NCBI GenBank assembly: GCA_950097015.1
Contig: CATNEN010000034.1
Location: 868,001 to 932,000 of the forward strand
Source: Macrostomum hystrix
Lineage: Eukaryota; Animalia; Platyhelminthes
Direction: 5' to 3'
Length of the DNA stretch: 64,000 nucleotides
Position numbers and translations under genes: made by a program
In this document: in pieces, positions 61,530-64,000 of the stretch
How the letters are laid out: every line of letters begins with the position of its first letter
How positions within the stretch are numbered: position 1 is the first letter of the stretch
Notes under the pieces: model-generated
Told to the model about the DNA's origin: nothing
Seen by the model: only the letters and a program-made list of their open reading frames with translations
Database searches by the model: none

Positions 61530-61760
61530 AAGCCACCCCACTTCGCAGCCACCCCACTCCGCAGCCATCCCTCTCCGCAGCCACCCCTCTCCGCAGCCAC
61601 GCCACTCTGCAGCCACCCCAATCTGCAGCCACCCCAATCTGCAGCCACCTCACTTCACAGCCACCCCACTCTGCAGCTACCTCACTCCACAGTCGCCCAA
61701 TTTACAGCCACCTCACTCCGCAATCGATTACAAAATGTAGCCACCTCACTCCATGGCCAT
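61530..61760 (+). repeat. ~16-bp degenerate C-rich repeat (gcagccaccccactcc) after the PTCD3 stop
   Basis: Direct inspection. Confidence 0.85.
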
Positions 61761-62374
61761 TTTACCCCGAAATATATCAAAATCCTGTGGCTTCCTCCCG
61801 CAGTACCTTAGTCACAATATCTAGCCGGCAGTTGTAGCAAATCATTTTTTCAGTCCTCGTGTTCCGTTCATATAGTTTGAGTTATAAAAGTCTAATTTGG
61901 CGTACGAATGAATGTCTGGTCATTTTCTCATTGTACTACCGGGATTTTCTTATTGAATTGGAGAGCTGAGTTGTGTTTCAGCCTCCGATCCTGTTTTGTT
62001 AGGCTAAATTACAGAGTTTGTAGTGCGGCACTAAAGCATTTTGTTCAGTTCAGTAATTATAACTGTTTGCCATTTCGCCGCTCTGACTAAGTGCGTTTTC
62101 TTTATCCCTTTTTAATTATAAATTAGACCTGCAGATAGTTGTTCAGAAACGTATTTTGCAGATGGTACCTAAAATTGCTAGACAGTGGCTATCTACTCGT
62201 AAATAGGTTATCCTAACAATAGCATAATCAGTTATCCCCATCAACAGCAGCGCGATTTCCAAAAAAGCAGCCACACTCCGCAACCATCTTAATAATATAG
62301 GAATAATAGTTGCTGACTCCTGAGCACACACGCACACAGATACTGTACTCAAGCATGCGCTCACACAGGGGTGT

Positions 62375-62590
62375 ACATCTGCCCTGACTTTCTAATCGTC
62401 AAGCAGTGTACACTTCACTGTGCCTTGGAGGTTGGCCCTCAAGGGCGTAAATTGCACGACAAGCCCCCAAAGCCTTCTCTCCGCGGCAGCGCCCCAAATG
62501 AATGTGGCCTCGCCCTTGGAATCGAACTTAGGGACCCTGGTCCCTAATCTTGTGCCGCAGCAACACCACTCCGTACCAACCTCACGCCGC
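62375..62590 (-). mobile_element. tRNA-derived SINE family 2, uninterrupted copy
   Basis: acatctgccctgactttct...gtgtacacttcactgtgccttggaggttggccct...aagccttctct...gcgccccaaatgaatgtggc...ggaatcgaac matches the 44845/46403 halves. Confidence 0.8.
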
Positions 62591-62960
62591 AGCAACCCCA
62601 CTCCGTAACCAACCTCACGCCGCAGCAACCCCACTCTGAAGTGACCTCATGCCACGTACAACGACCCCACTCCGTAACCAACCTGACGCCACAGCAACCC
62701 CACTCCGTAACCAACCTGACGCCGCAGCAACCCCACTCCGTAACCAACTCACGCCACAGCAACCCCACTCTTAAGTGAACTCATGCCACAACGACCCCAC
62801 TCCGTAACCAACCTCACGCCGCAGTAACCCTACTCCGTAACCAACTCACGCCACAGCAACCCCACCCTTAAGTGAACTCATGCCACAACGACCCCACTCC
62901 GTAACCAACCTCACGCCGTAGCAACCCCACTCCGTAACCACTTCACGCCGCAGCAACCCC
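62560..62960 (+). repeat. ~33-bp minisatellite (ccccactccgtaaccaacctcacgccgcagcaa) continuous with the SINE2 head
   Basis: Direct inspection. Confidence 0.9.
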
Positions 62961-63201
62961 ATCATGCAGTATATTCGAGCGTAATCACTTTTTTAAACCT
63001 ATTTAGTCTTCCTTTGTTGGGTTGATCATGAAACACTTCGTTGGGAATATGTTAAAAGAATTTTGCACACGTACTACAAGTTATGAGTTTATTTTCCAGG
63101 CCTCCAGTACTAGTATAATTGCGCAATATTTTAATTTTACCGGCTTGTTTTCAAAGCAACTGACAACCGGCGTTCTTGAAGCGGAATACGCAGCTTGTGC
63201 G

Positions 63202-63634
63202 ATGTTGACAAAGCGTCAAGCTCGATGGTTCGCCGCGCTTCGTATGCGCGCCATCAGCGAAACAGTCATCAAATCCGTTGGCACTGTCGAGCAAGTCAAC
63301 AAGTTGATTGACAGCTTACTACACAACTGTCAGCAGACAGCTGATCCGCTGCCAACCATTGGTTTTGTCGATTTAGTCAGTGCGGCTAATCGAGAGTTCG
63401 CCCATTCAACGGTTGATTTTGATGGATTAACGCAGCTAGCTGACTGGCGTCTCCGATGTCTGGAGGTCGCAGTCAACGAGTTGGACGGAGGCGCCGCTCA
63501 TCTGGAGGCTTTCGCCCTTGGCGAGTGCTTACTGGCACTGCGCGGCTGTGTCAGATGGCCTGAGTGCGCCGCCACTAGAATATCATTCGCTCAGATGGAC
63601 TTTCTGCTGCGGCTGTTTCGGTTTCTGCTTCGAG
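63202..63634 (+). CDS. Probable first coding exon of an unidentified helical (ARM/HEAT-like) protein; continues beyond the window
   Basis: Open frame 63022-63660 with a GC-richer coding-like part. ATGs at 63202 and 63244, upstream acceptor ttttccag, candidate donor G|GTGTGC at 63635 followed by a minisatellite as in other introns. Weak remembered resemblance of ECLLALRGC..DFLLRLFRFL to ataxin-10. Confidence 0.5.
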
Positions 63635-63674
63635 GTGTGCTTTTTCTAGGCTATACTTGAGTAGCCTCAAATCT

Positions 63675-64000
63675 CCAGTTGACCTCTTGAGAAATTAAGT
63701 TGACCTCGCCTAGATAGAGGGGTTAATTATAGCCGTCAGTTGACCTCCCCTATTGATGAATTTAATAGCCACCAATCGAGGTCAGTTGACCTCCCCTATA
63801 GATGAATTTAATAGCCACCAATCGAGGTCAGTTGACCTCCCCTATTGATGAACTTAATAGCCACCAATTGAGGTCAGTTGACTTCACGTATCGAATAATT
63901 TAATAGCCACCAATCGAGGTCAGTTGACCTCCCCTATAGATGAATTTAATAGCCACCAATCAAGGTCAGTTGACCTCCCCTATTGATGAACTTAATAGCC
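63675..64000 (+). repeat. 46-bp minisatellite containing gaggtcagttgacctc, running off the window
   Basis: Period 46 checked (63781 to 63827). Confidence 0.93.

Overview
This is eukaryotic (metazoan) genomic DNA, not prokaryotic. It has spliced genes with GT-AG introns, tRNA-derived SINEs and many minisatellites. The gene set and the minisatellite-filled introns are consistent with a free-living flatworm such as Macrostomum (inference only). I reconstructed by hand six recognisable genes with frame-consistent models: acetylcholinesterase-like (-, 5 exons seen), an HR96/NR1J-type nuclear receptor (-, 4 exons), 4E-BP (+), PNO1 (+), an SLC15A4-like POT transporter (+, 4 exons) and PTCD3/mS39 (+, 5 exons). 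A seventh, unidentified gene probably starts near 63.2 kb. About 25 distinct tandem arrays (16-55 bp units) occupy most introns and spacers, and most long ORFs in the supplied track are artefacts of these arrays. Mobile DNA includes two tRNA-SINE families, a pair of hAT-type MITEs with 8-bp TSDs, a Mutator-like MITE, a CMC/EnSpm-like element nested in a SINE, a decayed CRE-clade LINE and a decayed Crypton tyrosine-recombinase element. The main leads are: (1) two divergently oriented (YGYDSS)n arrays whose variation is largely synonymous in that frame; (2) a cholinesterase that naturally carries G119S- and F331W-equivalent residues; (3) a strand polarity of the minisatellites that follows gene orientation; (4) a SINE head amplified into a minisatellite; (5) clusters of nuclear-receptor AGGTCA elements; (6) acceptor-like AG sites just upstream of the start codons, suggesting trans-splicing.
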